The notes: generated from the letters alone by a model not told the origin. DNA of 64,000 nucleotides from Candidatus Saccharimonadota bacterium (GCA_028289135.1 JAQGGW010000005.1:2941-66940); one strand, 5' to 3'; shown: positions 18,283 through 28,450, numbered from the stretch's first letter. A program made the numbers and translations.

Positions 18283-20730
18283 GTGAAGCGCTACAGCCCA
18301 AAAGACATTGAATCCAAATGGCAAAAATACTGGGACGACAACCAGACTTATAAAGCCGACTTAAACAGCTCAAAGCCAAAATATATCGGCATGAGCATGT
18401 TCAACTACCCAAGCGGCGCCGGCATCCATATTGGGCACGCCATGAACTACACCATTTCTGATGTTATGGCACGTTTTAAGCGCCAGCAAGGTTTTGAGAG
18501 CTATCATCCAGTGGGCTGGGACGCTTTTGGTTTGCCGGCCGAAAACTACGCTATTAAAGCTGGAGTTTCGCCGCAAGAAAGCATGGCCAAGATTATCCCG
18601 GATTATCATAAGCAATATAAGGCCATGGGCTGGAGCAACGATTGGTCCAAAGAGATTGCCACGCACGAGCCTAAGTACTACAAATGGAGCCAGTGGATTT
18701 TTACTCAAATGCACAAACACGGCTTGGCCTACCAAGACAGCCGTATGCAATGGTGGTGCGAAAAGGACAATACGGTGCTTGCCAACGAACAGGTGATTGA
18801 CGGCAAATGCTGGCGCCACGATGGCCCAGAAGACCCTTTGGTCGAAAAAAAAGAAATTAAACAGTGGTTTTTTAAGATTACCGACTATGCTGATGAACTT
18901 TTGGAAGCAACTGATGCCTTGGACTGGACTCCATCAGTAAAGTTGGCCCAGAAAAACTGGATTGGAAGAAGTGAGGGAGCTGAAGTTACTTACAAAGTGC
19001 AAGATTCAGAGCATTCAATAACTGTGTTTACCACAGCCTATGACACAATGTACGGCACGACATTCTTGGTTGTGGCGCCAGAGCATGAACTTGTACCGTT
19101 TTTGACCGACCCAGAACACTTGGCAGAAGTTGAAGCTTATCAAAAAGCAACATTCTTAAAATCCGAACTTGAACGCCAAGCCGAAAAAGAAAAAACCGGT
19201 GTCTTTACCGGTGCATACGCAATTAATCCTTTGAGCGGAAGACCTGTGCCTGTGTGGATTGCAGATTATGTTCTGGTAGGTTATGGAACGGGTGCTGTTA
19301 TGGGCGTGCCTGGCGAAGACGAGCGCGATTACGAATTTGCTCAGAAATTTGGTTTGGATATTATCTACACCACCAAGCAGCAAGAATTTGTTTCTGACAC
19401 TGATATTAAGGCAAATCCTGAGAAATACATCATTGCTAACTCAGAAGAGTTTGACGGCATGACATTTTTGGAAGGCCGCCCAAAAATTCTCGCAAAATTA
19501 GTGTCTGTAGGTGCTGGAGTTGCAAAAGTAAACTACCGTCTCCGTGACTGGAGTGTTGGCCGCCAGCGCTACTGGGGCGCGCCGATCCCGATAATCAACT
19601 GCGAAAAGTGCGGACAGGTTTTGGTGCCAGAAGAAGATTTGCCGGTGGTTTTGCCAGAGCTAAAAGACTTTCAGCCCAATGGCGACGGCCGAAGCGCTTT
19701 GGCGCGCGCAACCGAGTGGCTAAAAGTACCGTGCCCGCAGTGTGGCGGCGAGGGCGAGCGCGAAACTGACACGCTGGACACCTACATTTGCAGCAGCTGG
19801 TACATGCTCCGCTATCTTGACCCAGACAATGACCAAGCGCCCTTTGGTAGTGAAGTTGCCAACAAGTGGATGCCGGTAGACTTCTATAACGGCGCCGACC
19901 ACGCCACAGCGCATATGATCTACGCCCGTTTTGTAACGCGCTTTTTCCACAAGATTGGTTTGCTAGAAAACCCTGAGCCATTTAAGAAATTTTTGTATAA
20001 CGGCAAAGTAACGGCAGCAAACGGCGAAATGTTTAGTAAAAGCAAAGGCAATGGCGTTGACCCGCTAGAAATCATTGCCCAAGGCTACGGTGCCGACGCG
20101 CTAAGGACCTACCTGATGTTTGCCGCCCCACTAGACCTTTGGGTTAAATGGGACCCGCAGGGTGTCCCCGGAACCTTCCGGTTTATTAACCGTGTTTGGA
20201 ACATTACCCAAGACTTTTTAGAAGCAAAAACCACCGACGAGAATGATGAAAAAGTTTTGCAGGCCATCCACCCCGCCATCAAAAAGGTAACAGAAGACCT
20301 CGAAACCCAAAAATATAACACCGCCATCGCGACGCTCATGAAAGCCACCAATGACCTCTATGAATACAAGGCAAAAACTGGCATAAAGAGCGAAAAAGAC
20401 TGGCGTTTTGCCGCTGAGTCACTGGTTATGATGATGGGGCCGTTCGCGCCGCACGCCGCCGAAGAGTTGTGGCACGACCTTGGACACACAGACACGCTCC
20501 AGCGCGACCACTGGCCAGTTTATGAGGAAAAGTACCTCACGAGTAATACTATGACGATTGCCATCCAGGTAAACGGCAAACTCAGAGGTACCATTTCTGT
20601 AGCATCAGACGCATCCAAAGAAGATATCATTGCCGCCGCAAGCTCAGACGAAAAAGTAAAAACATACCTTGTCAGCGAGCCAAAAAAGACTATCTACGTC
20701 CCTGGCAAGCTCGTTAGCTTCGTTGTCTAA
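18283..20730 (+). CDS. leuS: Leucine--tRNA ligase
   Basis: MFNYPSG..HIGH, GWDAFGLPAEN, QKNWIGRS, RQRYWG, MFSKSKGN (KMSKS variant), QVNGKLR. Confidence 0.97.
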   Translation: MKRYSPKDIESKWQKYWDDNQTYKADLNSSKPKYIGMSMFNYPSGAGIHIGHAMNYTISDVMARFKRQQGFESYHPVGWDAFGLPAENYAIKAGVSPQESMAKIIPDYHKQYKAMGWSNDWSKEIATHEPKYYKWSQWIFTQMHKHGLAYQDSRMQWWCEKDNTVLANEQVIDGKCWRHDGPEDPLVEKKEIKQWFFKITDYADELLEATDALDWTPSVKLAQKNWIGRSEGAEVTYKVQDSEHSITVFTTAYDTMYGTTFLVVAPEHELVPFLTDPEHLAEVEAYQKATFLKSELERQAEKEKTGVFTGAYAINPLSGRPVPVWIADYVLVGYGTGAVMGVPGEDERDYEFAQKFGLDIIYTTKQQEFVSDTDIKANPEKYIIANSEEFDGMTFLEGRPKILAKLVSVGAGVAKVNYRLRDWSVGRQRYWGAPIPIINCEKCGQVLVPEEDLPVVLPELKDFQPNGDGRSALARATEWLKVPCPQCGGEGERETDTLDTYICSSWYMLRYLDPDNDQAPFGSEVANKWMPVDFYNGADHATAHMIYARFVTRFFHKIGLLENPEPFKKFLYNGKVTAANGEMFSKSKGNGVDPLEIIAQGYGADALRTYLMFAAPLDLWVKWDPQGVPGTFRFINRVWNITQDFLEAKTTDENDEKVLQAIHPAIKKVTEDLETQKYNTAIATLMKATNDLYEYKAKTGIKSEKDWRFAAESLVMMMGPFAPHAAEELWHDLGHTDTLQRDHWPVYEEKYLTSNTMTIAIQVNGKLRGTISVASDASKEDIIAAASSDEKVKTYLVSEPKKTIYVPGKLVSFVV

Positions 20731-21227
20731 CCCCCTAGTATGTATCCTGCAAAACTCGGCCTTACCGTTACAGCGTCTGGAATAATGACATCTGTTGGGC
20801 CGCTCATTTGAACGTCGGGCTGTAGATCTAAAGCTGCGTTATCAGCTTGTATCACGGCCTCAGCTTCGATTAGACATGCGTTGCTGCCGTTCACGATACC
20901 TACAATTTGTCTGGCGGCTTTTTCTACATTCTGGCTGTAATCGATAGTAACTACCTCGGTGTTTGGCGAAAATGTACAATCTTGTAACTCATCATACCGA
21001 AGCTTCTTGACGCCAATATAACCACCCAAAGCTAGAATAGCTGTCATTGTAAGCATAACTACTCCCCGGCCTTCATGGCCACGGACATTCCGACTATCTT
21101 TACCTTTAATAGGCTGCAACTTTACGCCTGGGTCTAAATAATCCTTATTCGTACGAACATACGAATCCGAACTGTTACCTGAGGTATACATAGTAGATAT
21201 TATACACCTTAATGGTATATAAGTCAA
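20727..21227 (-). CDS. Hypothetical single-TM protein
   Basis: Central hydrophobic helix; convergent with leuS; start uncertain. Confidence 0.5.
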   Translation of the reverse strand: MTYIPLRCIISTMYTSGNSSDSYVRTNKDYLDPGVKLQPIKGKDSRNVRGHEGRGVVMLTMTAILALGGYIGVKKLRYDELQDCTFSPNTEVVTIDYSQNVEKAARQIVGIVNGSNACLIEAEAVIQADNAALDLQPDVQMSGPTDVIIPDAVTVRPSFAGYILGG

Positions 21228-21349
21228 GCATAAGCTCTAGCACAATACAGCCAATGATGTCCAAAGGGTTGTTTTATAGGAGTAAAACAGATATAATGCA
21301 AAAGAATTTACTACTTAACTAATGGTTAGAGAAGGAGCTTGTTTCAGAT

Positions 21350-21523
21350 ATGGGTAAGCCAAAGAAACGCACATCGCCCCGTCGAACGGGTACACGCCGC
21401 AGCCACCTTGTTATCAAGCTGGCTCGCAGTGTCAACGGCAAATCGCCGGTGAAAGCTTTTACGACACGCAAAGAATACGGCAAGAAAACTGCTGATTCCG
21501 CGTCTACGTCAAAGGCTGAATAG
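21350..21523 (+). CDS. rpmF: 50S ribosomal protein bL32, Cys-free form (absent from the ORF track)
   Basis: MGKPKKRTSPRRTGTRRSH N-terminus typical of L32; AAGGAG upstream; precedes nusB. Confidence 0.85.
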   Translation: MGKPKKRTSPRRTGTRRSHLVIKLARSVNGKSPVKAFTTRKEYGKKTADSASTSKAE

Positions 21524-21570
21524 GGTATACTGGTAACAATAGGTTACCTTAAGCGGAAATTAACAATTTT

Positions 21571-22038
21571 ATGGCATCGAATCGTCACTTAGGTCGCATT
21601 GTCGCACTGCAAACGCTGTACGAACAGGATTTTCGCTTAGAGGCGGGTGATATCTCGTTTGATCTTTTAGAGGTGTTGGATCGCAACATAGGCCGCTACA
21701 AAGAGACAATCGAAGACACCAAGTTCATCAAGAGCTTGGTAGAGGGTGTCACTAAAGAGGCTAAGAAGCTGGACGCCTTACTGCAGCCTCTGGCGCCAGA
21801 ATGGCCGATTGACCAGATTGCGCGTATGGACAGGGTGACGCTCCAGATGGGAGCCTACGAGCTGCTTCATAGCAAGGAAGTACCGCCAAAAGTGGTCATC
21901 AACGAAGCCGTGGAGCTTGCCAAAGCCTTTGGGGGTGATAACAGCTCCAAGTTCATCAATGGTGTGCTTGGGACGCTTCTCCGACAACAAGACGCCGACA
22001 AGGCCGCCAAGGCAGAGACACCGAAGCCTAAAAAATAA
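21571..22038 (+). CDS. nusB: Transcription antitermination factor NusB
   Basis: RH..R..ALQ.LY, W..D....DR, VPPKVVINEAVELAK.F, KFINGVL. Confidence 0.96.
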   Translation: MASNRHLGRIVALQTLYEQDFRLEAGDISFDLLEVLDRNIGRYKETIEDTKFIKSLVEGVTKEAKKLDALLQPLAPEWPIDQIARMDRVTLQMGAYELLHSKEVPPKVVINEAVELAKAFGGDNSSKFINGVLGTLLRQQDADKAAKAETPKPKK

Positions 22039-22099
22039 CCGTTTAACACTAGATAATCGTTCAACAACCAGCCCAAATTAATTCAGGCAGTTAGAAACT

Positions 22100-22597
22100 A
22101 TGAAAAGACCTAAACCAATCAGAGGAATCAAAACATTCGTTACCCGCCGCCGGCCGGCTATTAACGAAGTTGTCCGCGAACCGACTTCTGGCGGTATTGT
22201 ATTCCGCCATACAAAAAGCGGCGGCATTGAATTTTTGCTGATCCAAGACGCCAAAAACCGCTGGACCATCCCTAAAGGCCACATCGAAGAGGGCGAAGAG
22301 TCCAAGCAAACAGCCGCCCGCGAGATTACCGAAGAAACCGGCCTGCAGGAAATGGACGTTTTGAGCTGGCTGGGCAAAATCAGCTTCCGTTACCGCCGCG
22401 TCCAGAGCCTTGTGCTTATGACAACCGACATTTTCTTGGTCCGAGCCAAAGGCGACAGTGACAAACTGGTGCCAGAAGATTGGATGAATGATGTTAAGTG
22501 GCTCGACAGCAAAGATGCTTTGGACAAGATTGAGTACGAAGATATCGGTAAATTAATGCTGGTCGCTCTTAGTAAAATTCGAAAGGAAAAACTATAG
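22100..22597 (+). CDS. NUDIX hydrolase
   Basis: PKGHIEEGE....AAREITEETGL Nudix box. Confidence 0.9.
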   Translation: MKRPKPIRGIKTFVTRRRPAINEVVREPTSGGIVFRHTKSGGIEFLLIQDAKNRWTIPKGHIEEGEESKQTAAREITEETGLQEMDVLSWLGKISFRYRRVQSLVLMTTDIFLVRAKGDSDKLVPEDWMNDVKWLDSKDALDKIEYEDIGKLMLVALSKIRKEKL

Positions 22598-23296
22598 ATG
22601 GATAGCGCGCAATATATTGCGTTTGCAAAAGATGTTTTGGGGCTTGAATTCAACGATATCCAATACCTTATAACAGCTTTTACTCACCGCTCTTACTTAA
22701 ACGAACACCGTAAAACCGTATCTGAGCACAACGAACGGCTCGAATTTTTGGGTGACGCCGTGCTGGAGCTGGTCGTTACCGAGTATCTTTACAGCAACTA
22801 CGCCGAACCGGAAGGCATTTTGACCAACTGGCGCAGTTCACTCGTACGCACCGAGAGCATTAGTGCGGCGGCGCTTAAACTTGGCTATGAGCCGCTCCTG
22901 CGCCTTTCACGCGGCGAAAAGCGCGGAACCGACCGAGCACGCGCCCAGATTCTGGCCAACTGTTTTGAAGCCGTGATTGGCGCGATTTACCTTGACCTTG
23001 GCTACGACGCTGCCAAAGGCTTGATTGACAGCGCAATCTTAACGACTTTTGCCGAAATATTGTCCAGCGGTTCATGGCTGGATGCAAAGTCGCGGCTGCA
23101 GGAAGTTGCCCAAAGCCAGCTCGGCGCCACCCCTGTTTATAAGGTGGTCGAAGAAGTCGGCCCCGACCACGACAAAATCTTTACTATTGCCGCCGAAGTT
23201 GACGGCAAAATTTACGGCAGCGGCAAAGGCCCGTCCAAACAAGCCGCCCAGCAAGTTGCCGCCGAAGCCGCACTAAAAAAACTCGAAAAGAAATAG
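22598..23296 (+). CDS. rnc: Ribonuclease III
   Basis: HRSY, NERLEFLGDAVL, FEA.IGA.YLD, C-terminal dsRBD. Confidence 0.97.
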   Translation: MDSAQYIAFAKDVLGLEFNDIQYLITAFTHRSYLNEHRKTVSEHNERLEFLGDAVLELVVTEYLYSNYAEPEGILTNWRSSLVRTESISAAALKLGYEPLLRLSRGEKRGTDRARAQILANCFEAVIGAIYLDLGYDAAKGLIDSAILTTFAEILSSGSWLDAKSRLQEVAQSQLGATPVYKVVEEVGPDHDKIFTIAAEVDGKIYGSGKGPSKQAAQQVAAEAALKKLEKK

Positions 23297-23338
23297 CCTA
23301 TTTGCAAAGTATCATAGGAAGAGTATGGTATTGGCAAT

Positions 23339-23650
23339 ATGACAAAAAAGGACATTGCCTTAATAATAAGTATTGGTCTTATCTCAAGTGGATTATATGT
23401 ATTTGAACACAGGGCAGCTAGTCGGACAGTCAATCAACCTACTCATCAAACAACTCCTTCAGTAACCTTGCCAAAAGAAGTGACTACTAATCTATCTGAG
23501 AATCCACATGTATCACCCGAATGTGAGGGATATTCAACAACCGATCCGTACAATATGCCTGCTTTTGACCAATTCAATGCACAATGCGATCTAGAACAAA
23601 AGTTAAATGAAGTAGCCCCATTAGCTACGCAATATCATGGCGTGCAATAA
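23339..23650 (+). CDS. Small membrane-anchored hypothetical protein (103 aa)
   Basis: N-terminal TM, Thr/Pro linker, two Cys. Confidence 0.55.
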   Translation: MTKKDIALIISIGLISSGLYVFEHRAASRTVNQPTHQTTPSVTLPKEVTTNLSENPHVSPECEGYSTTDPYNMPAFDQFNAQCDLEQKLNEVAPLATQYHGVQ

Positions 23651-23787
23651 TGAATGAACGCAATAGAATTATTGGCAGTGTGATCTTCTGCATAATCTTG
23701 GCAATAGCTATCATTTGGTCATCTACCCAGCGAGACGCCCAACCAGATGCAGCACCAACAACCTGCGAACGGGTTGGCAGCTGTTAA
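23650..23787 (+). CDS. Small membrane-anchored peptide (45 aa; not in the ORF track)
   Basis: TAATG coupling to the upstream ORF; MNERNRIIGSVIFCIILAIAIIWSSTQRDAQPDAAPTTCERVGSC. Confidence 0.5.
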   Translation: MNERNRIIGSVIFCIILAIAIIWSSTQRDAQPDAAPTTCERVGSC

Positions 23788-23871
23788 TATTTGTTAAGTC
23801 TTTGCATAAGTAAAGTTACAGTTACATTGGTACTAACTAACTAGCAGTTTTACACTCGCCTGTGGGGTATG

Positions 23872-23900
23872 TTGACAACAGGGGCGTATATCTGTAAAAT
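23872..23900 (+). promoter_or_regulatory. sigma70 promoter of rpsP
   Basis: TTGACA-N17-TAAAAT. Confidence 0.75.
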
Positions 23901-23948
23901 AGGATAAGATTATTTATTAAGTCTAAAGTGTTAGGAAAAGATCTACAT

Positions 23949-24527
23949 ATGCTCGCTATCCGCATGCAACGCACTGGCCGCAAAGGCCACGCCCAATTTC
24001 GTTTAATCGTCCAGGAATCCCGCCGTACTCCTTCAAGCGGTAATGTTGTTGCTGCGCTTGGTAGTTATGATCCGCACACCAAAGCCGTTATTTTGGATAA
24101 AGAAGTGGCTCAAAAATTCCTAGACAACGGCGCACAGCCATCACCTCGTATGGTTATGATCATGCAAAAAGAAGGCATCAAGCTTCCATCTTGGGTAAAA
24201 GTAGACGACAAGCGCACTAAGAGCATCAAACACACCGAAAAACTCCGCCGCAACCAGACTCCAGAACCAGTTGAAGAAGTAGCAGCCGAAGAAGTTGTTG
24301 CAGACGCTCCAGCCGAAGTTGTTGAAACTCCAGAAACCGCTGAAGCTGAAGCGCCACTAGCTGAGACTCCAGTTGAAGAAACTCCAGCAGCCGAAGAAGC
24401 TGCCCCAGAAGAAGCGGTAGAGACAGAAGCCGAAGCTGAAACCGAAGAAGTTACGGCCGAAGCAGAGTCCAGCACTTCTTCAGATAGTGCTGCGGAAACT
24501 ACTGAACCGACCGAAGAAAAAGCCTAA
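23949..24527 (+). CDS. rpsP: 30S ribosomal protein bS16 with a long acidic C-terminal tail
   Basis: MLAIRMQRTGRK..FRLIV.ESR..LGSYDP..GAQPS; Glu/Ala-rich extension. Confidence 0.95.
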   Translation: MLAIRMQRTGRKGHAQFRLIVQESRRTPSSGNVVAALGSYDPHTKAVILDKEVAQKFLDNGAQPSPRMVMIMQKEGIKLPSWVKVDDKRTKSIKHTEKLRRNQTPEPVEEVAAEEVVADAPAEVVETPETAEAEAPLAETPVEETPAAEEAAPEEAVETEAEAETEEVTAEAESSTSSDSAAETTEPTEEKA

Positions 24528-24614
24528 AAAACGTCATATTTCCGTGTAATAAACCAATAGCGTTTTGTGGGACGGCTCTGTATAATAATTTCCAGAAACC
24601 TGAGGAGGCACTCC

Positions 24615-25172
24615 ATGAGCAGTATCGACCAACAATTCATTGAATATATTGTAAAATCATTAGTCGGCAATCCAGAAGAGGTCAAAATTGACCGCCGGAT
24701 CGACGAAAAGGGCGTTCTTTTGGAGCTTACCGTTGATCCAGAAGACCTTGGACGAGTTATTGGTAAGCGCGGCGCCACCGCCCAAAGCTTAAGAACACTG
24801 CTTCGCGCGCTTGGCACCAAGAACGAAGCCCGTTATAACCTCAAGATTATCGACAACGGCGAACCACGTCCACCGCGCGATGACGCCGGCAACTCAGACG
24901 ACCACAACAGCTCAAGCGATGACCATCAAAGCAATGATTCTACGAGCAGCGACGACAGTGCAGCTGTAGCCTCAAACGATGACTCCAGTGCAGCAACTGA
25001 CGATTCTTCTAGCTCAAGCGACAGCGGTGACTCATGGTCCAGCTCTCCAGCGCCAAAGTCCAAAGCCTCTGATGACCTAGAACTGGACGATGAAGACGAA
25101 ATAAAAAGCAACAGTGACAAGATGAGCAAAACCCGCGAAGAGCTAAACGACCTCGATGACCTAGATATATAA
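24615..25172 (+). CDS. khpA: KH-domain RNA-binding protein KhpA with an Asp/Ser-rich tail
   Basis: DLGRVIGKRGATAQSLR KH GxxG motif; GAGGAGG SD; follows rpsP. Confidence 0.88.
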   Translation: MSSIDQQFIEYIVKSLVGNPEEVKIDRRIDEKGVLLELTVDPEDLGRVIGKRGATAQSLRTLLRALGTKNEARYNLKIIDNGEPRPPRDDAGNSDDHNSSSDDHQSNDSTSSDDSAAVASNDDSSAATDDSSSSSDSGDSWSSSPAPKSKASDDLELDDEDEIKSNSDKMSKTREELNDLDDLDI

Positions 25173-25209
25173 CCTGGCCACACATCTTGGCACATACGCC
25201 CTCTTGAAA

Positions 25210-25746
25210 CTAAGCAAACGCTTCAAAAAAAACCTTTTGATCGCCTTCGTACAGAGGTGCAGCGGAATGTGCTTGGTCGAGCATATTGAATGATGCTAAC
25301 TGCCCACTTTTAGGCTGCGCCCAATCAAACTCAAATGGTAAACCTGGTTGCACAATAAGAGCATCTTCTTGCAACTGAAATACATCCTCTGCTCGGTATT
25401 CTAATAACTCTGGAGGATAATTTGAATAGAATATTGGCGTTACCCGGTCCTTATTAGCAACTATTAATACATATTTAGTTAGCTTGGCGGCTGCCGAGGT
25501 TTTTTCCTCGATTTCATAATGTATATCACTAAATAGAGTTTTGCCATTTCCTGCATATCCTCGGAATCTATCTTGCGCACTACGATCGCATGGACTACCA
25601 CTTGCTTTAGTAACAAGAGTACGAAAAATGTTCTGGGCGTTTAGGTACACAGGATTATCAATAGGGCGTCTAATAATGGCCTCAAAATTACCTAACAATT
25701 CTTGTTGGATGTCGGCAGGCAAGAAAATATCATGAAACCTGTACAT
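25210..25746 (-). CDS. Hypothetical protein (178 aa)
   Basis: AT-richer ORF antisense to the operon, between khpA and trmD. Confidence 0.55.
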   Translation of the reverse strand: MYRFHDIFLPADIQQELLGNFEAIIRRPIDNPVYLNAQNIFRTLVTKASGSPCDRSAQDRFRGYAGNGKTLFSDIHYEIEEKTSAAAKLTKYVLIVANKDRVTPIFYSNYPPELLEYRAEDVFQLQEDALIVQPGLPFEFDWAQPKSGQLASFNMLDQAHSAAPLYEGDQKVFFEAFA

Positions 25747-25774
25747 AATTTATGCATATGATATAATAAAAACA

Positions 25775-26413
25775 ATGAAAATACAAGTTATAACACTTTT
25801 CCCCGAGATGTTCACAGGTGTATGGGGTGCTAGCATGCTCTGGAAGGCCCAGGACCGCGGTATAGTGCAATATAGCACAATTGACCTCCGCACTTTTGGC
25901 CTCGGCTCTAGGCGCACTGTAGACGACACACCATACGGCGGCGGAGACGGTATGCTGCTCAAGCCAGAGCCTGTTGTGGCCGCAATCGAAGCGGCGAAAA
26001 AGAATGATCCTGATGCCTTAGTACTGCTGCCAACGCCACGCGGAAAGCTTTATAAACAGTCAGACGCCAAGCGCCTAGCTGCCGGCGGCAAAGGGCTAAT
26101 CATCGTTTGCCCGCGCTACGAAGGCTATGACGAACGCATTACTGCCTGGGTTGACGAACAAGTCTGCATTGGCAACTATGTGCTAACTGGCGGTGAACTG
26201 CCAGCCATGACCATTATCGACAGCGTTGTGCGCCTTCTGCCAGGAGTTCTGGGCGGCGAACATTCGGCCGAGATTGAATCTTTCCAGGATGACGACGAAA
26301 CGGTGGAGTACCCGCAGTATACCCGCCCTGTTGAATTCAGAGGCATGAAAGTGCCTGAAGTATTGCAAAACGGACATCACGGCGAAATCGCCAAATGGCG
26401 CAAGGACCAATAA
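25775..26413 (+). CDS. trmD: tRNA (guanine37-N1)-methyltransferase
   Basis: ITLFP, VDDTPYGGG.GM, RYEGYDER, YVLTGGE, YPQYTRP. Confidence 0.97.
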   Translation: MKIQVITLFPEMFTGVWGASMLWKAQDRGIVQYSTIDLRTFGLGSRRTVDDTPYGGGDGMLLKPEPVVAAIEAAKKNDPDALVLLPTPRGKLYKQSDAKRLAAGGKGLIIVCPRYEGYDERITAWVDEQVCIGNYVLTGGELPAMTIIDSVVRLLPGVLGGEHSAEIESFQDDDETVEYPQYTRPVEFRGMKVPEVLQNGHHGEIAKWRKDQ

Positions 26414-27129
26414 TGAACAAGATTGGTGATCTTGCAAAAAAACGCGCGCAAAAAGATGCTGCACAGATCCAAACCGAAATTCCAACGCCAGTAATTCACG
26501 AAAATATAAAGCGAGCGCCATTCAATACTCTTGACTTAGATTATCTGATAAAAAAAGAAAGTTTTACTGCCCGTGTACAAAAGGTCATGGATGCAACGTT
26601 TTCACGAACACAAATACCCGGTCAACGGGTTGAGGTTACCGAGCCGAATGTAGGTTTGGAGGAAAGTTCAGTAATCGGTGGTTTACTTTATCCTTTATCT
26701 ACGTCTGAAGAAGTTATGACAAGTATGGGTTTTCCAACTTATATCTGGGATGTTTTAGCGATTAAACCAAAAAAGGCTATGGAACTTGCCGCATCATCAA
26801 CCATTGCTTTTGCGAGTATGCATAAATGGTTTAGAACACTAAGAAATGCTCAACACGAAGCAGTTACAAAACAACTCAAAAGAGCAGATATGAGCATAGC
26901 TAAGCCACAGCTTTGGATGCCAGAAGCATTTTCAGATGGTATCTCAGTTCAAACAGAAATGACTGCAATTCATCGTACGGCAGCACGAGTTGCGCTGACT
27001 GTGTGCGGCATGAGCCCGCTGTCTGTGCCGTCAAATGAGGGCTATCCTCCGCTTCATTTAGCAGCTCTTGCTGATCCATTTACAAACAACCAGGCAGTCC
27101 GCCTGCATGACACAATTGTTCTAGCCTAG
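26413..27129 (+). CDS. Hypothetical protein
   Basis: TAATG coupling to trmD; no recognisable motif. Confidence 0.55.
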   Translation: MNKIGDLAKKRAQKDAAQIQTEIPTPVIHENIKRAPFNTLDLDYLIKKESFTARVQKVMDATFSRTQIPGQRVEVTEPNVGLEESSVIGGLLYPLSTSEEVMTSMGFPTYIWDVLAIKPKKAMELAASSTIAFASMHKWFRTLRNAQHEAVTKQLKRADMSIAKPQLWMPEAFSDGISVQTEMTAIHRTAARVALTVCGMSPLSVPSNEGYPPLHLAALADPFTNNQAVRLHDTIVLA

Positions 27130-27780
27130 AATATTAACGGCGCGGGCGGCAACCAGGGCGATAGTGAGCAGTGAAGTAATTGACTGCAAAGTCATCAGCA
27201 GTTTTGACCGGTGTGTGAGCGGCAAAGTGTCGGTTGGGCTAAAAGCAGTCGCATTAGTAACCGAGACGTATAGATAATCAAAAAAGGTTGGGTTCCAATC
27301 GGCCGATTTGTCCATACTCATCTGCGGAAACAAAAAATCCACAGGTTTTACGGCGGCAGATTGGCCTTGGACGCCGTTGCTGTCAAGTTCCCAATACCAC
27401 AAGCCAAAGATAATTATATTGGTAAGGTAGATGGCCAGGCCAGAAACAATCAACTGGCGTCCCGTCACATCGCTTTTGGTAAATAAACTGTCGATTACTA
27501 AAATAAGAGATGTAATGTTGGACAAAGAAATAATAGCTATCAAGACAACAGCCAGCGTCCGGCGAAGGTGCGAGGAAAGCTGTTTTCTAAAAGGTCCAAA
27601 CACAGCAAGAGCCAGCAAAAGCAAAACCTCCAGCCCAACAATCAGATAGCGCGGGCCAACAACAAGCTTACTGCTCAGAAGCAGCTGCAAAACAATAGCC
27701 ACCAAAACGGCAACTTGCACATGCCAAACAGGCTCTTTTTTATCACGATGCTGCAAGCTAGCAAGTTTCATCACCATCAT
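27121..27780 (-). CDS. DUF1345-like membrane protein
   Basis: DFLFPQ, FFDYLYVSVTNATAFSPTD; several TMs. Confidence 0.75.
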   Translation of the reverse strand: MMVMKLASLQHRDKKEPVWHVQVAVLVAIVLQLLLSSKLVVGPRYLIVGLEVLLLLALAVFGPFRKQLSSHLRRTLAVVLIAIISLSNITSLILVIDSLFTKSDVTGRQLIVSGLAIYLTNIIIFGLWYWELDSNGVQGQSAAVKPVDFLFPQMSMDKSADWNPTFFDYLYVSVTNATAFSPTDTLPLTHRSKLLMTLQSITSLLTIALVAARAVNILG

Positions 27781-27854
27781 AGTAATACAAATTTCTTACA
27801 ATAGACAGAAGATGCACGGTGTAGAATAAAAGTAGCACTAATCAGGAGGAAATT

Positions 27855-28427
27855 ATGACCATCCAAGAGCTATTTATTATGGCGAACCAAGAGCTAGAGA
27901 AGGTAATTTTACAGATAAAAGATGACCAGTGGAGCATGATGATGCCGCCTGGCATGTCACGCAGTCCAGGCAATCTTGAACTGGCTGTACGCTACCATAC
28001 CTATGACGATGCTTGGGTGCCGGATGTATTGGCCGGCAAGACGGCAGAAGAAGTCGGCGATAAATATGACTATGTTAAAACCGAAGGCGATATTTTAAAA
28101 AATTACAAAAAGTATAACTACTTGGCGGTGGACGCGGTTGCGGGTTTTACGGACCTAGATAAGCAAACACATCTTAGTTACGGCGATTATCCTGCTAAGG
28201 ATTATTTGCAGCACATCATAAGTTTTAGGGCGTTCCGCAGTTATGATATTGCCAAGATGATCGGGATTGACTCCACCATGAAGCCCGATTTTGTTGAAGC
28301 TTTGACAGAGGAATACACTCCTGTTATTGGTTTTTACCGACAGATCGGCGTTTTCCCTGAGCCGCTTGAAGTTGCTGAAAATGCCTCCGCGCAGGAAAAG
28401 CTTTTGGCAATGGTCGGCCGCAGTTAA
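27855..28427 (+). CDS. DinB-superfamily / TIGR03086-like metal-binding protein
   Basis: DQW...P, HLSYGD, YDIA..IG, EKLLAMVGR C-terminus; AGGAGG SD. Confidence 0.65.
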   Translation: MTIQELFIMANQELEKVILQIKDDQWSMMMPPGMSRSPGNLELAVRYHTYDDAWVPDVLAGKTAEEVGDKYDYVKTEGDILKNYKKYNYLAVDAVAGFTDLDKQTHLSYGDYPAKDYLQHIISFRAFRSYDIAKMIGIDSTMKPDFVEALTEEYTPVIGFYRQIGVFPEPLEVAENASAQEKLLAMVGRS

Positions 28428-28450
28428 ATTAATAAATAAAGGAGATAATT

